Shown here: piece after piece, positions 39,191 to 53,859 of the stretch
Position numbering within the stretch: the first letter of the stretch is position 1
Layout: each line of letters starts with the position of its first letter
NCBI RefSeq assembly: GCF_009914755.1
Contig: NC_060932.1
Direction: 5' to 3' (one strand)
From: the human T2T-CHM13v2.0 reference genome, Homo sapiens
DNA length: 64,000 nucleotides
The notes under the pieces: model-generated
Seen by the model: only the letters and a program-made list of their open reading frames with translations
Told to the model about the DNA's origin: nothing
Databases searched by the model: none
Made by a program: the position numbers and the translations under genes

Positions 39191-39589
39191 CTGGAGGGAC
39201 TTTTTAAAGATTTTACTTTTTCTGTTTTTAAAACATATTTCTTGGGTTAGATGAACCTAAGAAAATATATGGAGTTCTGTTTATTTCTTACATACTTTAA
39301 GTTACATGTTTACATCTGCAAATATCTCTGTAGTTGTTGGGTTATCATTGTCCATCAAACTCTTTCAAAGTAGTCATTACATCCTTTTCAAGTGCACATC
39401 TATTGAATAGTTACCATATACCAGGCCCTGTCCATGAGAAGATAGTTAAATATCTAGGATTCTGGGTAAGACTGCTCTTCCTGTTCAGAAAAGTTCAGTA
39501 CAGATCAGGAAACTGAGAAACAAATATAACAATGTGGGATTTGTCAAAGATATCTGATATATAGGTATTTAATAAATAATAAAGGTGAC

Positions 39590-40075
39590 ATTTAGGATCA
39601 TCATGGAAAAGGCAGATTATTCCAAAAAAAGGCTTTAATAAAGCCAGCTAATCATTTGGGGGAAAAAAGGTCTGGTCAGTACTCCGCCCTTTACACCAAT
39701 ATAAATTTCGGATGAATGGGAGATTTAATTATGAAAACTGAAAATAACCCAAAATTTGGGTGACTTACCAACCCAAAATTTGGCTGACTTAGAATGTGGG
39801 GGGATTTTCAGTAAATTATACCAAAGACAGAAATCCATAAGGAAAAGACAAATTTGACTATATAAAAACTTCCAACTTCTCTGCTATGAAATAACATATA
39901 CATGGTGGAAGAAAAATAACTGTGAAAGTTGTGTTCAACACAAGTGAGAGATGAAAGGTTACTATACACAATAAAATATTAAAATGTATTCAGACTTGCT
40001 AATAATCTAAAAAGTAGAAATAAAATGATAATGAGATATCATTTTAGCCTATCCAATTCAAAACTATTTTTTAAA
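39590..40075 (+). mobile_element. Old L1 (L1MC/ME-like) ORF2 relic
   Basis: CAGAAATCCATAAGGAAAAGACAAATTTGACTATATAAAA...AATGAGATATCATTTT. Confidence 0.6.
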
Positions 40076-40077
40076 AG

Positions 40078-40378
40078 TAAAGGATACAAAATTTCAGTTA
40101 GATAGGAGGAAGAAGCTAAAGAGACCTATTGTATAACATGGTGATTATAGTTTATAACAATATATTATATTCTTAAAAAATGCAAAGACAGTGGGCATTA
40201 AGTGTTCTCACCACAAAAATGGTAACTACCTGAGGTAATGCCTATGACTGTAATCTGACTAACTAGATTTAGTCATTCCACATGTAAATATACTTAAAAA
40301 CAAAACTTCATGTTGTTTTGAAGAGAGACGGTAGGCATATATGTGTTGTATAACAATTTTATCTGTCAGTTAAAAAAG
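40078..40378 (+). mobile_element. L1MA5/6-like 3' end
   Basis: AAAGGATACAAAATTTCAGTTAGATAGGAGGAA...AAGTGTTCTCACCACAAAAATG...GATTTAGTCATTCC. Confidence 0.85.
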
Positions 40379-40590
40379 CTATATAATATGAATGTGTGAT
40401 TATATTATATTAATATCCTATAAAGTGATCATATTATAACTGTGTGGAATTATAATGATGTCATATTTTAATAATATAATAAAACAGCCATTAAAAGTGG
40501 TATAGTAATATTCCTGAATATGGAAGAAACCTTTCGCATACTCAAGATAAAATTTCTTTCTTTCCTACATTTGCATTTTAAAATTTGTAT

Positions 40591-40875
40591 TTTCTTTTTT
40601 TCTTTTTTTAAAGACAGGGTCTTGCTTTGCCATCCAGACTAGAATGTGGTGGTGCAAAATCATAGTTCACTGTAACCTCAAACCCCTGGGCTCAAACGAT
40701 CCACCTGCCTTAGCCTCCCAAACAGCTAAGACTGCAGATGTGCACCACCACACCCAAATAATTTTTATTGTTTTTTTGTAGAGATGAGGTCTCACTGCAT
40801 TGCCCAGGTTGGTGTCAAACTCCTAGCCTTGAGACATCTTCCCGACTTGGGCTCCCAAAGCTCTGGGATTACAGA
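40591..40875 (-). mobile_element. AluJ
   Basis: AGACAGGGTCTTGCT...ATCATAGTTCACTGTAACCTCAAACCCCTGGGCTCAA...TTTGTAGAGATGAGGTCTCACT; degenerate TSD TCCTA(C/T)ATTT(G/A)CATTTTA. Confidence 0.9.
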
Positions 40876-42069
40876 GTCGCATTCATCCTATATTTACATT
40901 TTATATGTAATGCATTTTTATATTCAGAGAATACAAAAACTTCCATTTTGTAGGAAAAAAATCTGATGCATTTGGTGGAGACATTTTATTACTATGGCAG
41001 ATCTGGGTTCTAGGTATACCCATAACATTGTGTCACTAGTGTGAGGGAGCTAGACTAACTCCCACCCCAAAGCACCTCACTCATTCCAGCTTTGGTCTGC
41101 TTTAGGTCTGGTGCTGAGTAGACTTGGAATTAATCCTTGCCTTTTAAATTTGAGATAGCAGAAAGCAAGGACTAGTACTGCTTCTTAGTCACCACTCTGC
41201 CACCTCCATTCTTCCAACCGTTCAAACTCAAAACCCTGGAGTTTTGGGTGAACTTTCCTTTTCTTTGTCTTAGCCAACATCAGTACTCACCAAGTCCTAC
41301 TCATTCTTGCCTCCATTCTTTTTCCTTCACTTGGACCAACATTATCATATTCTGGGGTCTCATGGGTATTGATAATGCAATAACTTTCTAGTTGGTCTTG
41401 TTTCCCTCTGTCTTTTTCCCTTTAATTTATCCTAACATTGCTACTTAAATTCTTGAGAATAGCATGTTTCATCTTAGTCATTTTCTATTACCTTTTGGAT
41501 GGTGATTTCCTTTCTTTCCTTACTTCAGATGAAAACTGTGAAACTTGTAGATGGCCAACTATTGTTCTAAGGATGTGCAGTGAGCTTTTCAGTCTCATTT
41601 GTCTGTAGTATCCTGATGCACCTTTGATTGTCTTGCCTTCCTTTCTTACTTGTTGGCATCTCTTTTACCTATTTATCTTTTTGTATCTCTCTGTGGAATG
41701 AAGTATAAACATAAATATCATAAGGAAAAGCCAGATAACTCCAATAATTTTCAGTGTATTAGGCATTTTTGGAAAAAAATCCAGAGTTAAATTGTTTATA
41801 CACTTTCAAGAGTCTAGTCACTGCTAATTTCTCCTCTTTGCTCATCATTTCTTAGCTTTGGCAGATTGGCCCATTTGTTCATTTGTCTTTTGACCCAAAT
41901 AAAAATGGTATCTTTTGTAGAAAGCTCTGTAAAGGATACCTTTATATATGTATTTTCTTATTCTCTGTTATAAAATGACATGCTTCTTTTTCACATCTTC
42001 AACAGAAATAACATAATCTTGCAAGACTTCTTCAACCTGAATCCTTGAGCTTAAACTGATGACCAGGAT

Positions 42070-42217
42070 ACAATGTGATATAAGGATTAAGTACTTGATC
42101 TTTAATGTTAAGATAGGAATTTATTTTAAAAAGCATGTTTCATAACTGATTCAGCTGGGTGACTTGGGGAAAGTTACTTAAGCATTTTAAGCTCGAGTTT
42201 CCTTCTCTGGAAAGTGC
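42070..42217 (+). mobile_element. MIR fragment
   Basis: AGCTGGGTGACTTGGGGAAAGTTACTTAA...AGTTTCCTTCTCTG. Confidence 0.7.
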
Positions 42218-42369
42218 AACCATTTTTGAGCTATTTTCCTTCATCGGAATGTCCTTTCCTTTCTGTCCATCTGCCCACCTTTTAAACATTTTGAACATCT
42301 TAAAATCAATTTTCTGAGAGGACATGCAACTTTACTTCATTAAAGTATTTACTAAATTGCAAAATTTTA

Positions 42370-42674
<305 letters not shown>

Positions 42675-43334
42675 TAATTGCAAAATTTTAGAAATAGAAA
42701 TGTTTTGCTTTGTTCTAAGTAGCATTTTCCATTTTGTTTATTATGAATATTTTATGACAATTGTTATTCAAAGTTTGCATTCTTCAGAGTTTCTTTTTAT
42801 TTAATTATAATGTGAAAATTAATTGACAAGTGCAATTTTATTTTCATTTTAAGAATTTGTAGCAAAATACACAAATATTCAGATGAAGTTGAAATACAGG
42901 CTAAGAAGTCAGTTAGACAAACTGATTTGGGGCAACTGAACCACTTTAGACATAGATATTCATTATCAGCTTCCCCTCTTCCACAATAAGATTTGAAATA
43001 TGCCCCTTTTACTTCATGTACCAATTATATTTCAGATTGCCAATTATGGCTCCTTGAAATATGATAAGAATTTGTATTAAACCATTTCTTGTTGCTGTAA
43101 TTTGTAGTCAATTTGATGTTGGCATGGCCAGAAGATAACCTCAGAATGTCCTGCAAGATTTTGATGTGTAAGTTATATAAATCATAGAAGAAGAAATCCA
43201 GAATTGGAATCTTGAATATTAACAGTTTACCTTAGCAGAGATGCTAAAACCTCAACACAGCATTGGATAGTTAGTAATATTTTTAGTACATACTATGTTA
43301 CTAATTCAAAGAGGGTGAAACTACATTGATATGA

Positions 43335-43654
<320 letters not shown>

Positions 43655-46600
43655 ATATTACCAACATGATTCCAGTTCATTAAAGCTGTTCTCGTGGCTG
43701 TGTTTCATTTTTATTAGGACATTAGATAGTTTAATTATATGACATCCAGTATAATCAACTTGAGTAAGATAGTTTGCAACGTATATATTACATTTTATAA
43801 AATGGACTAAAGGCATATTTGGAAAGATGAGAACACCATATTTATCAACAAGTTTTTGCATCTGCCCAGTGATATAAAGTAACTCAGGATCACAAAGCAA
43901 CAATATACATAAATTACAGTAATCAAAATTTATGTTAAGCACAGGCAGTGAATTGTGTAAGAATAAAGTATTTTTCATCAGCTGAACAGTTACCAAGAAT
44001 TTAGATTCACAGCCTTGGCTAAATGACCCTTCCCCACAGGAAGGGTTCTGTGGGGTTCCTTTATTGCCATTCAGTGGTGCTTGCTTGAGTAGTTTGAATC
44101 TGCCCATATGATAGGCACCTTTTTTATTGTATAATGATCCTGGCCAAGTCATGCGATTGGGTTGCCACCTTATGTCTCTAGTAAAGCAAGACACTAGGAT
44201 TTGTGCTGAAAGGAAAAGAGTTGCAGAAAGGGCACACTGGAACTTAAAGATTGCTCTGTGTGTGCCAGACACAGACATTGTAAGGGCTGTGGCTTTCCCA
44301 TCACTCACTATACTTTTCCAATCAATATCGTCATGAGGTGACTGCAGTGATATTATTTCACTGTGTCAAAAAATGAAGTGACACCTAATAAAAATGCAAA
44401 GGAAAAAGCTGGAAACCAAAAGAAAATGGTTTCATGCTTCAAACACAGGTAGAATATAATAAAATTATGGGAGATGATGTGTACTTCAATAAAAGTTTAT
44501 TAAGCTGAAAGAAATAATATGGTGTAGTATAATTTACTTAATTAGCACCTAATTAGTAAATAAATGTATTTGGTTCTTAGATGGTGAACCATCTAGGTTC
44601 CTGTAGGATAATGATGGCTGTCAAAATTTGATCTCTCCAAATATCCTACAGAAAAATCAACAAGGAGAGTAAATAAAACTCTTTTCAAGCAAGCTTACAG
44701 AATAACTAGCAGACCAAGAATACTGCACATTTTAAGATACTTCTAAATGGGAAATAAGTTACAGGAAACCTACACAGCCAGTTCCAAAGCCCATGCTGGA
44801 ACCAGTGTAGGCAGAGAGAGAAGTGAACCAGGGAGTGCAGCAGGATTCTCTTGGTGGCTGGGCATAAATAAGATCACTCCCAAGAGGGAGAAGTACTGAG
44901 AACAGCTCTGGCAGCTGGTGGATGAGACCACTGTGTACTAGAGAATCCTAAGGAAGAATATTAAAGGTATGCAGAGCAGAAGTGACAGTCTTGGGTATGC
45001 ACTGCCTCAGCGGGAGATTCTCTTAGAGGCTGAGAGGTGAAGGGAATAAAATAAGCAGTTGGTAGAAATTTGAGGTATTAAAGAAAGGAATGAGTATCTG
45101 AAAATCATATGACTTACCACTCCCTTTCTGGAAATAATTTTTTTAAATACATTTTATTACACCGAAAAAACAAAGTTCTATTGACAACAACAACAATAAA
45201 ATTCAAATTCTTCTTTCCTAGACAGACCAATTTTCTTGTTATTGAAGAAAACCCTCAGATAATTTAAAATAAATAGAGGAACATCAGGCTGTATTCAAAC
45301 ACCATTACTATAAGAAGAAAACAAAAAGTAAGTCTTTTTTAATCTGATGATTATGATTCCCAAATACAACCCACAACTCAGAAGAAATATTATTAAGCAT
45401 TTGCATATGTGAAAGAACATTTCAGATTGAAAATTTAAAAACTGAGGAGATGAATTAAAGAAAAGCTGAAGGATGTGGCATAAGAGTTGATAAAATCAGG
45501 AAATTGAAGAGAAAGGTACACCAAAAGAGGCCAAAGATTTTTTTTAAAATGAAAGTAATTGGAAATCAGCTATTAAAATATGAATCTAAAAAAAAGAAGA
45601 AAAAAGTGCAAAAACAAAACAAAAGAAAAAAGAAAACACTAAAAAATTTAAAAACATAAAATGTGAATATATAAGAAGAAATTAATAACCGTAATGTTAA
45701 GCTGAATTGCTTGTAAATCATTTAATAAGCATAAAATATTTTGTAGAATGACCCACACTTTCTCCTTCATAAAAATATAATGGTCTATTATCAGAGGTGA
45801 GGTACACATTTGTTTTCAGACAGTACGACATTCATTAATGAATTAAAAATTGGGAAATATTTATAAAATATTTCTTTGATGATGTCCAGAAATTGATCGT
45901 ATACATATTATGAGGGAAATTATTTTGTTGTAAATATTTTCATTGCATGATATCTGTCCATACATATATATGTATATAGATTTTTTTTTCTCCGAAGACT
46001 CAAATCTTCTTGAGGGAAGACTTTGTTCTTTATTTATATTTATATTTCCAGAACATTTCATGATGCCACATGCATCCTAGGTGCACGGTTAAATTAACAT
46101 TTGCTGCCTGAACTGTAGCATATATCAACCAGCTACTACTTACCTTATAACTGCGATATTCATATTTTTAGTAGAGAGAAACTTGTTATTTTATTATGTC
46201 TTGAAATTCATGGTGAACCTGGTGAGTAAGATCAGAGAGGGCGTTGACTGAGCTTGGCAGAGAAGCAAGGGGGAAGATAGGAAAAGTGATGAAAAGTCAA
46301 GCCCTTTGAAGGCTGTAGTGGTAGGGTATGAGAGAGGAGAGGGAAATTTTAGAGCTTTTTCCATCAAGCTTAGTAGGAGTCAGCACATCCATGTGGGCAC
46401 AGAGTGACAGCAATTCAGAAAACAGGCATGGTGGTGGCTGCTCACACTCAGTTTGTGACTTCCAGATCTGTAATTAATATAATGAATTGGACATAGTCTA
46501 GTTTTATGACAATCTATAGCATGCATCTTGTTTCTTGTTACGAGTTTACAAGTTGTGGCTCAGAATTAGTGGTTCTACTGTGGACCATGGGGCTTTACCT

Positions 46601-47104
46601 AGGCTGACAAGGAGGTAAAGACATCTTATACCATGTTGGGCACCATAATGACCTGAGATGTGCAGCAGCTTTCTGTTATAGGTGCTGATGAACTATGCTT
46701 CAAAATGGCTTGAGGCTACATAACCACATTGCTAGTTTTTCTCCTCTTGATGTATGGTTTGACAATTCCATGGTTAGTAGGTATACAGAAAATGCCTTAA
46801 ACATTATGATGTTTTTATTATAGAGAACAGAAGAAACTCTCACCAACTGAACACTTACATAGCTTATAATTCATCCATGGACAACTCAAATAAAACATAA
46901 CTTGATAAATATAATTGAGTCCCCTCATGCATTGAATAAATTTGGGTCATTTTCTAATTCTATCAGAACCAGGAAATGTAACAAAATCCAATTGTAATAT
47001 GCTTAAGTAGAAAAATATACCTCAGTTAATAATTTAAAAGAGCTGCATGTGTTTATACAATGCCTAGCCGTTACATGTCTCAGACCATTAAATCTCTATG
47101 GCAT

Positions 47105-47210
47105 TATCACAGTAGTTACCTCATTTCCATTGTACAGATGAGGAAACTGAGACATAGGTTAATAGCTTACTCAAAATCACTCAGATAGTAGCTGCCAGGG
47201 TTTACATTAA
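47105..47210 (-). mobile_element. MIR, interrupted by the following Alu
   Basis: TCCATTGTACAGATGAGGAAACTGAGACATAG...; MIR-like sequence resumes after the Alu (AGACAGTCTGGCT). Confidence 0.8.
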
Positions 47211-47223
47211 GACAGCGTGGCTC

Positions 47224-47542
47224 GGTGGGGCGTGGTGGCTCACGCCTGTAGTCCTAGCACTTTGGGAGGCTGAGGCGGGCAGGTCATCTGAGATCAGGAG
47301 TTCCAGACCACCCCAGCCAACATGGTGAAATGCTGTCTCTACTAAAAATACAAAAATTAGCCAGACGTGGTGGTGTGTGCCTGTAATCTCAGCTACCCAG
47401 GAGGATGAAGCAGGAGAATCGCTGGAATCTGGGAGGCAGAGGCTACTGTGAAGCCGAGATCGCGCCACTGCACTCCAGCCTGGGCACAGAGTGAGACTCC
47501 ATCTCAAATAAATAAATAAAAATAAATAAAAATAAAAATAAA
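47224..47542 (+). mobile_element. Alu (AluSx-like), full length with (AAAT)/(AAAAT) tail
   Basis: Complete dimer; degenerate TSD AAGACAG(CG/TC)TGGCT. Confidence 0.95.
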
Positions 47543-49110
47543 AGACAGTCTGGCTGTAGTGTGTGTGCCAAAGTACTGCAGCACATTTGGTACTTTCTAC
47601 TTAAAATTGATTTACACAGTAAAAGTGACAGACCAACAATAGAAAGCCAATGTTTTAATTCATTGTGGAAGAATCAGTGATAGCAATGACTAAATTTTTA
47701 AATATTATTTGTCACTGTTTGACAATATTATTGTAGAAACACTAAATTTATATATTTTCTAAACCAGAATTGAGACAAATGAGTAATAAAAACTTCCCAC
47801 AGTCTGTACATTTAGATAAAACAGGTAAAAAATTAAAAAGCAATTATACTTTTGATGTTATTGTTTTTTAAAAATTAAATAATGTTTTCTAGAAAATTGT
47901 TCTATTTAAAATTCTCTTTAGCTTTGATCCTTCCAAAATTCCAATTAATGTCAATTGAGGTATTGCTGATTTTGAACTCTTCACTTCTTGAGATCTAGAA
48001 TATCGAAAGTCTGGCCTCTTTCTTGCAATCAGTTCTAATCAGCAGATATTTATTGAATGCCTATTAAGTGCAACACTGTTACTAAGAAATAAATATCTTC
48101 AAGTAACATGCATTCTTGTAGGGAACTTTCATTCTTCAAGATGATAGAAGAAATGTCACAAGGTGAAATATGTGAATTCATTTCCACATGAATAAAACAG
48201 ACAGGATGTACTATGGCATTTCTGAAGGAGAGAGGTCTTTATACTTCAGCATTATGGATAAAAAAAGTTCTCATGGAAAGACCAACTTGAATTAGGCATT
48301 TCTAAGAACTTTTTAACCAGTAACTTTAAAACACTTTCCAGCTAAGTTGTAGACTTTTGATTTTAACAGACAGGAATAGAAAAGATGTGATAAAAAGCTC
48401 AAATTTGAGAATGAACTATATCCCAGTAACAGCATTGAGTGTTGACAAAAAGATGTGTTCTTTTAAAAATCAAAGCAATAGATACACATAGCTTCAGAAT
48501 AAAATAATGGCAATAGGTTTATAAACAGAGTCAGCAGACACCTACCTCATTCCCTACCTCCCTTGGTATTAACAGGGAAAAATTCTATTAAATATTAATT
48601 TTAATATTTAGCTGTGTGTATTAAAATAATACAGATATACTGTCATTTCTAAATATATATACTTATATATATTTATTTTGGACATGATCTGTTGATTTTT
48701 TGTTATAGTACTTACTTTGCTCACTTAAAAAAACATATACATACACACGTGTACATGAGTGCCTGTGCACACACACAAGTACCTCCCCTCCATATATTTC
48801 TCCAACAAATTCATTCTGGTAAGTTTATGGTGAGGTGTATTGTCAGTATTATTGCCGTTATTCCCATGTGTCTTTTTTTCTTTCTCTATATAGTCTCTGC
48901 TTCCTCCTGGTTTGATTATCCTGCTTGTTTCTGTTGGACTTTCTTTTTCATGTTGGAATACCTGATAATCCCTGGTTACGTTCTCCATTAAGAGTAAAGC
49001 ACTGAAAAGCTCTGTGTGCTTGGTGTGGGGGCTGGAGAATGAAGAGAGAAAGTGATAGGCTTTCCAGCTGCTGAGTGTGATCAGTGAATTGGACTAAAAT
49101 CTGTATGGAG

Positions 49111-49410
49111 GGCCTGGCGCGGTGGCTCATGCCTGTAATCCCAGCACTTTGGGAGGCTGAGGCAGGCAGATCACGAGGTCAAGAGTTCAAGACCAGCCTG
49201 GCTGATATGGTGAAACCCTATCTCTATTAAAAATATGAAAAAACTAGCCGGGCTTGGGGGTGCGTGCCTGTAGTCCCAGCTACTCAGGAGGCTGAGGCAG
49301 GAGAATCACTTGAATCCAGGAAGTGGAGGTTGCCATGAACCAAGATTGTGCCACTGCACTCCAGCCTGGACAATAGAGGGAGACTGTGTCTCAAAAAAAA
49401 AAAAAAAAAA
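49111..49410 (+). mobile_element. Alu (AluSg-like), full length
   Basis: GATCACGAGGTCAAGAG; TSD AAAATCTGTATGGAG at 49096-49110 and 49407-49421. Confidence 0.96.
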
Positions 49411-49454
49411 TCTGTATGGAGGAGGTCTTACAAATATTAGTAACCACACTTTTT

Positions 49455-51110
49455 GTTTTTTTTCTTCAACTTTTCAGTTTTGGGGTACATGTGCAGGATA
49501 TGCAAGTGTGTTACATAGGTAAACATGGGCCATGGTGGTTTGTTGCACAGATAAACCCATCACCTAGACATTAAGCCCAGCATCTACTGGTTATTCTTCC
49601 TGATGCCCTCCTTCCTCCCTCCCACACCCCCAACAGGCCCTAGTGTGTGTTGTTCCCCCCATGTGTCCATGTGTTCTCATCGTTCAGCTCCCACTTACAA
49701 GTGAGAACATACAGTGTTTGGATTTCTGTTTTTGCATTAGTTTGCTGAAGATAATGGCTTCCAGTTCCATCCATGTCCCTGCAACAGACACGGTCTTATT
49801 CCTTTTAATGGCTGCATAGTATTCCATAGTGCATATGTACCACATTTTCTTTATCCAGTCTGTCATTTTTGGGCATTTGGGTTGATTCCATATTTTTGCT
49901 ATTGTAAATAGTGCTGCAGTATACATGTGTCATTATAATAGAATGATTTCTATTCATTTGGGTATATACCCAATAACAGAATTGCTGTGTCAGATTGGTA
50001 TTTCTGCCTCTAAATCTTTGAGGAATTGCTACAGTGTCTTCCACAATGGTTGAACTAATTTACATTCCCACCAACAGTGTAAAAGCATTCCTATTTCTTC
50101 ACAACCTTGCCAGCACCTGTTGTTTCTTCAGTTTTTAATAATTGTCATTCTGACTGCTGTGAGATATTTTGATTTTGATTTGCATTTCTCTAATGATCAG
50201 TGATGTTGAGGTTTTTTTATATGTTTGTTGGCTGCATGAATGTCTTCTTTTGAGAAGTATCTGTTCATGCGCTTTGCCCACTTTTTGATGGGGTTGTTTG
50301 TTTTTTACTTGTAAATTTGTTTAAGTTCCTTGTTGACTCTGGACATTAGACTTTTTTCAGATGGATTTGATAGATTGCAAAAATTTTCTCCCATTCTGTA
50401 GGTTGTCTGTTCACTCTTAAGATCATTTCTTTTGCTGTGCAGAAGCTCTTTAGTTTAATTAGATTCAATTTGTCAATTTTTGCTCTTGTTACAATTGCTT
50501 TTGACATTTTCATGATGAAATTTTTGCCTGTGCTATGTTCTGAATACTGTTGTCTAAGTTTTCTTCTAGGGTTTTCATAGTCTTGGGTTTTACATTTATG
50601 TCTTTAATCCATCTTGAGTTAACTTTTATATAAGGTGTAAGGAAGGGGTCCAGTTTCAATTTTATGCATATGGCTATCCAGTTCTCCCAGCACCATATAT
50701 TAAACAGGGAATTCTTTCCCCATTGCTGAAGATCAGATGGTTTAGATGTGAAGTCTTATTTCTGAGTTACCTACCTGTTCCATTGGTCTATGTGTCTGTT
50801 TTTGTACCAATACCATGCTGTTTGGTTACTGTAGCCTTGTGTAGTTTGAAGTTGGGTAGCATGATGCCTCCAGCGTGTTTTTGTTGTTGTTGTTGTTGTT
50901 TCTTATGATTGACTTGGCTATCCAGGCTGTTTTTTTGTTCTGTATGAATTTGAAAGTAGTTTTTTCTAATTCTGTGAAGAATGTCAATGGTAGTTTAAAG
51001 TGAATAACATTGAATCTATAAATTACTTAGGGCAGTATGGCCATTTTAGCAATATTGATTTTTCCTATCCATGAGCATGGAATATTTTTCCGTTTGTTTC
51101 TGTTCTCTCT
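49455..51110 (-). mobile_element. L1PA (about L1PA10-13), 5'-truncated
   Basis: Antisense L1PA 3' UTR (GGGGTACATGTGCAGGAT...CATTAAGCCCAGCATC) and ORF2 end ([16 protein letters not shown]...WIKKMWYI); TSD CACACTTTTT at 49445-49454 and 51111-51120. Confidence 0.95.
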
Positions 51111-52244
51111 CACACTTTTTTTTTTTTTTTTTTTTTTGAGGTCTATCAGTCAGCTTTTCAGAGTGGAACAATGTAGTTTTCAATCTGGGAGGTATGCATC
51201 TCTCTACTCATGTTCTGGAAGCTAGATGAGAAGAAACAGCAGAGTTAAATATGTAGACATCAGTTAATTACTCACTTTCCCACCCTCCATATGCATTTAT
51301 TCATGTTTTAATTTGCATTGTGCTTTGCTGTGCCGAGTTTCCTCCAATCCATGATCTCTCAGATTTTCTTTTTCAAGAGAATACCCTTCTAGCTGGGCTG
51401 GTTAGTCACAGTGTAGTGGCATGAAAGATCATTACCTGGCTTCACAGAGTTGGAATCTTGCACTATAAGTTAGGAGTCTGGGAGGATATAAGTCAGGAGG
51501 ACATGCACCCTCTCTTTGGCATTTCCCTTTGAAGTCAGACTTAGTCAGTTGCTATTATTCTAAGACCTTTCCATCAATGTAAATGAATATAGGTTTCTTA
51601 CTTGTTCTTGTCTTTCTCCTCTTCATTTTTTCTATGTGGCTTAGTAAATTATTTTTTTTCTTTACTACCATTTAGTGGCTTTGGGGCAGGGGCAGGAGAT
51701 TAATCATGCATATTCAATTAAATAGAAGCAACTATGTATCTTATTAATATGATTAATATGATTGCTATTCCCTATAAATTTTCCAGTAATCCTATGACAT
51801 TATCCCATTTAGTGGATGAGTATATTAAGATTCAGCTAAGGTTAAGTGACTTACCAAACTGGGTTTGACTCAAAGATACAGAAACATAAGAATACAGAAT
51901 TCTTAACATTTTAATTAAGGACAAAAGTTTAGTATTCTTTTCCCTTAGATAATATCTTCCAAATAATTTTGATATACCAAGCAAACAGTGTACATGAGGT
52001 TATACAACATTCCATTATTTCCCTTTTTACATTTATCTGAATACATCACCAAAGTTTCTGAACAACCTGAGTAGTCAGAATTGTACCACAGGAAAAGAGT
52101 CTTCTTCCTTCCAGTTTTCAATGTCACTTTATGTCACATTTCTTTAAGCTATTCTGAGGTACAAACCATTCCACTTTTTGCCCACTGTACTGTCTTACAT
52201 CTGCTGCACTATTTCTTTTTGTCAGGACAGCACCTCATTTCCAG

Positions 52245-52456
52245 GTCTTAGTTGTCTTTGTTGTTAACCCAATTACCTCAAAAACTGCTTCAAACAAAAA
52301 TGATCATTTATTATCTTTCACATTTTGTGGATTACAAATTCAGACACATCACAGTTTCTGTGGATCTGCTGGGAGAATGAAAGGTCAGGAGCTTGAATTA
52401 TCAGAGGTTTCCTTCACTTATATCTGAAGGTGGATTCTTGCTGTTAGTTGGGACTT
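52245..52456 (-). mobile_element. Old MLT1-type MaLR LTR fragment
   Basis: AATTACCTCAAAA...TTTATTATCTTTCACATTTTGTGG...TTCCTTCACTTATATCTGAAGGTGGAT...GCTGTTAGTTGGGAC. Confidence 0.55.
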
Positions 52457-52937
52457 GTGAAGATGGTGAAGGGTCTGAGATTTTGCCAGATATGTAAACT
52501 ATCATACATGCTGGCAGAAGACACAAGATTCCTGAGTCAGAGACAAAAGACTTTATTAATTAAGGCATAGAAGGGAGAGTGATTTTCAAGTTCACGCAAT
52601 TACCCTTGTTCTTAAGTCCTACAAGGGGAACATGGAGTGACTCAGGTGGATACTGCACATATAGTATATATGCTTCATAGATGAGCAACCTTGAGCTTGG
52701 AAAATATCAATCTTTGCAATGGGCTGGAAGTGAACTTCCTTGAACTTTGCACTGAAGGGCAACATGATCCTCTGACTGGTCAGTAAACAAATCTACCCTT
52801 GCTCTAGAGAGGGACGCTGTTTCTGTCTTCCAGGGTTCTCTGGTATGCAAAATTCTCGGAAAGGTAATCTGGAACAATTGTCTCTGCTAGCAAGATGTGC
52901 AGAAACACAAAAGACTCATTGAGAAGTTTCTCCTCAT
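52457..52937 (-). mobile_element. ERVL-class solo LTR (MER76/MER77-like)
   Basis: GAAGGGTCTGAGATTTT...ATGCTGGCAGAAGACACAAGATTCCTGAGTCAGAGACAAAAGACTTTATTA recalls this LTR group; AATAAA lies on the minus strand; subfamily uncertain. Confidence 0.6.
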
Positions 52938-53859
52938 AAAATGAAAGGAGGACAATGGACTTTAAACAATAATTGGCAGCTTCTGAAGTGTCTTTTAGGA
53001 CAGATTCATATGAACAAATAATTTTACCAGATTGTAAAAAATGTAGAGGAATTTGGACTCCTTAGATTGGTGGTCCAAATGAAAGGCTGATAAATTCTGC
53101 TTGGGGGCCTTGATTCAGAGAAGACTTCAAATAGAAAATGCTTGAAAGGAGCAAATTAGATAATAAGGAAATCTTTACATACTCTATTGCTGTTCTTATT
53201 GTTGTTGTCATTAGCTGTTTAAGCGTATGCATATGACTTATCACATCTAAGATGCTTGAATAGTTTTGGATAGCATATATTCATAAGAACATTTGTTAAC
53301 ATTAAAGTAAACTTCTAGCCTGGAGAAGGGTAGACTCAGGGGTATGCATGATAGCATGTTTAAATAATCTGAAGGAATGCTGTAGGGTGGGTGGAGTGAC
53401 AGGTTTAAACTGCTCCAGAATACAGAATCAGGATCAATGAATAAAGGTTATGAGAAGGCTGATTTACCCTCACTACAAAGAAGAACCTTTCAATAATTAA
53501 AGCACAGCCTGGGAGGAATCTTAATTGACAAAGAGAAAGTGCAGCTTTGAAAGCAAATGCAGAGAGAGCTTCACAGAAAAGAGAGCATGGAAAAATCAAG
53601 CCCTGAATAATGTAATATCATGTGTTGGTATTCAGAAGCCAAAGGAAGATGGTAAAATGGTAGCAGTGACAGTGGTCCTGGGAGAGAGATGTTCTTTGGA
53701 TAATTTCATAATTGGGTAATTATGCCAAGAACACATGTGTACCCCCAAGAGGTAGACAACAGCACCAGTGAAGACAGATGGAGCTGACTTAGAGTGAGCT
53801 TTTCCCTTCCTTCCTCACCCTGCCTCATTCTCTCTCTTTCCTTCCCTTTATTACTTTTC

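Noticed and set aside
44590-45700. A-rich purine-skewed stretch as a gene fragment
   Set aside because: No sustained ORF; more likely a very old L1/HAL1 5'-ORF1 relic that I cannot assign confidently
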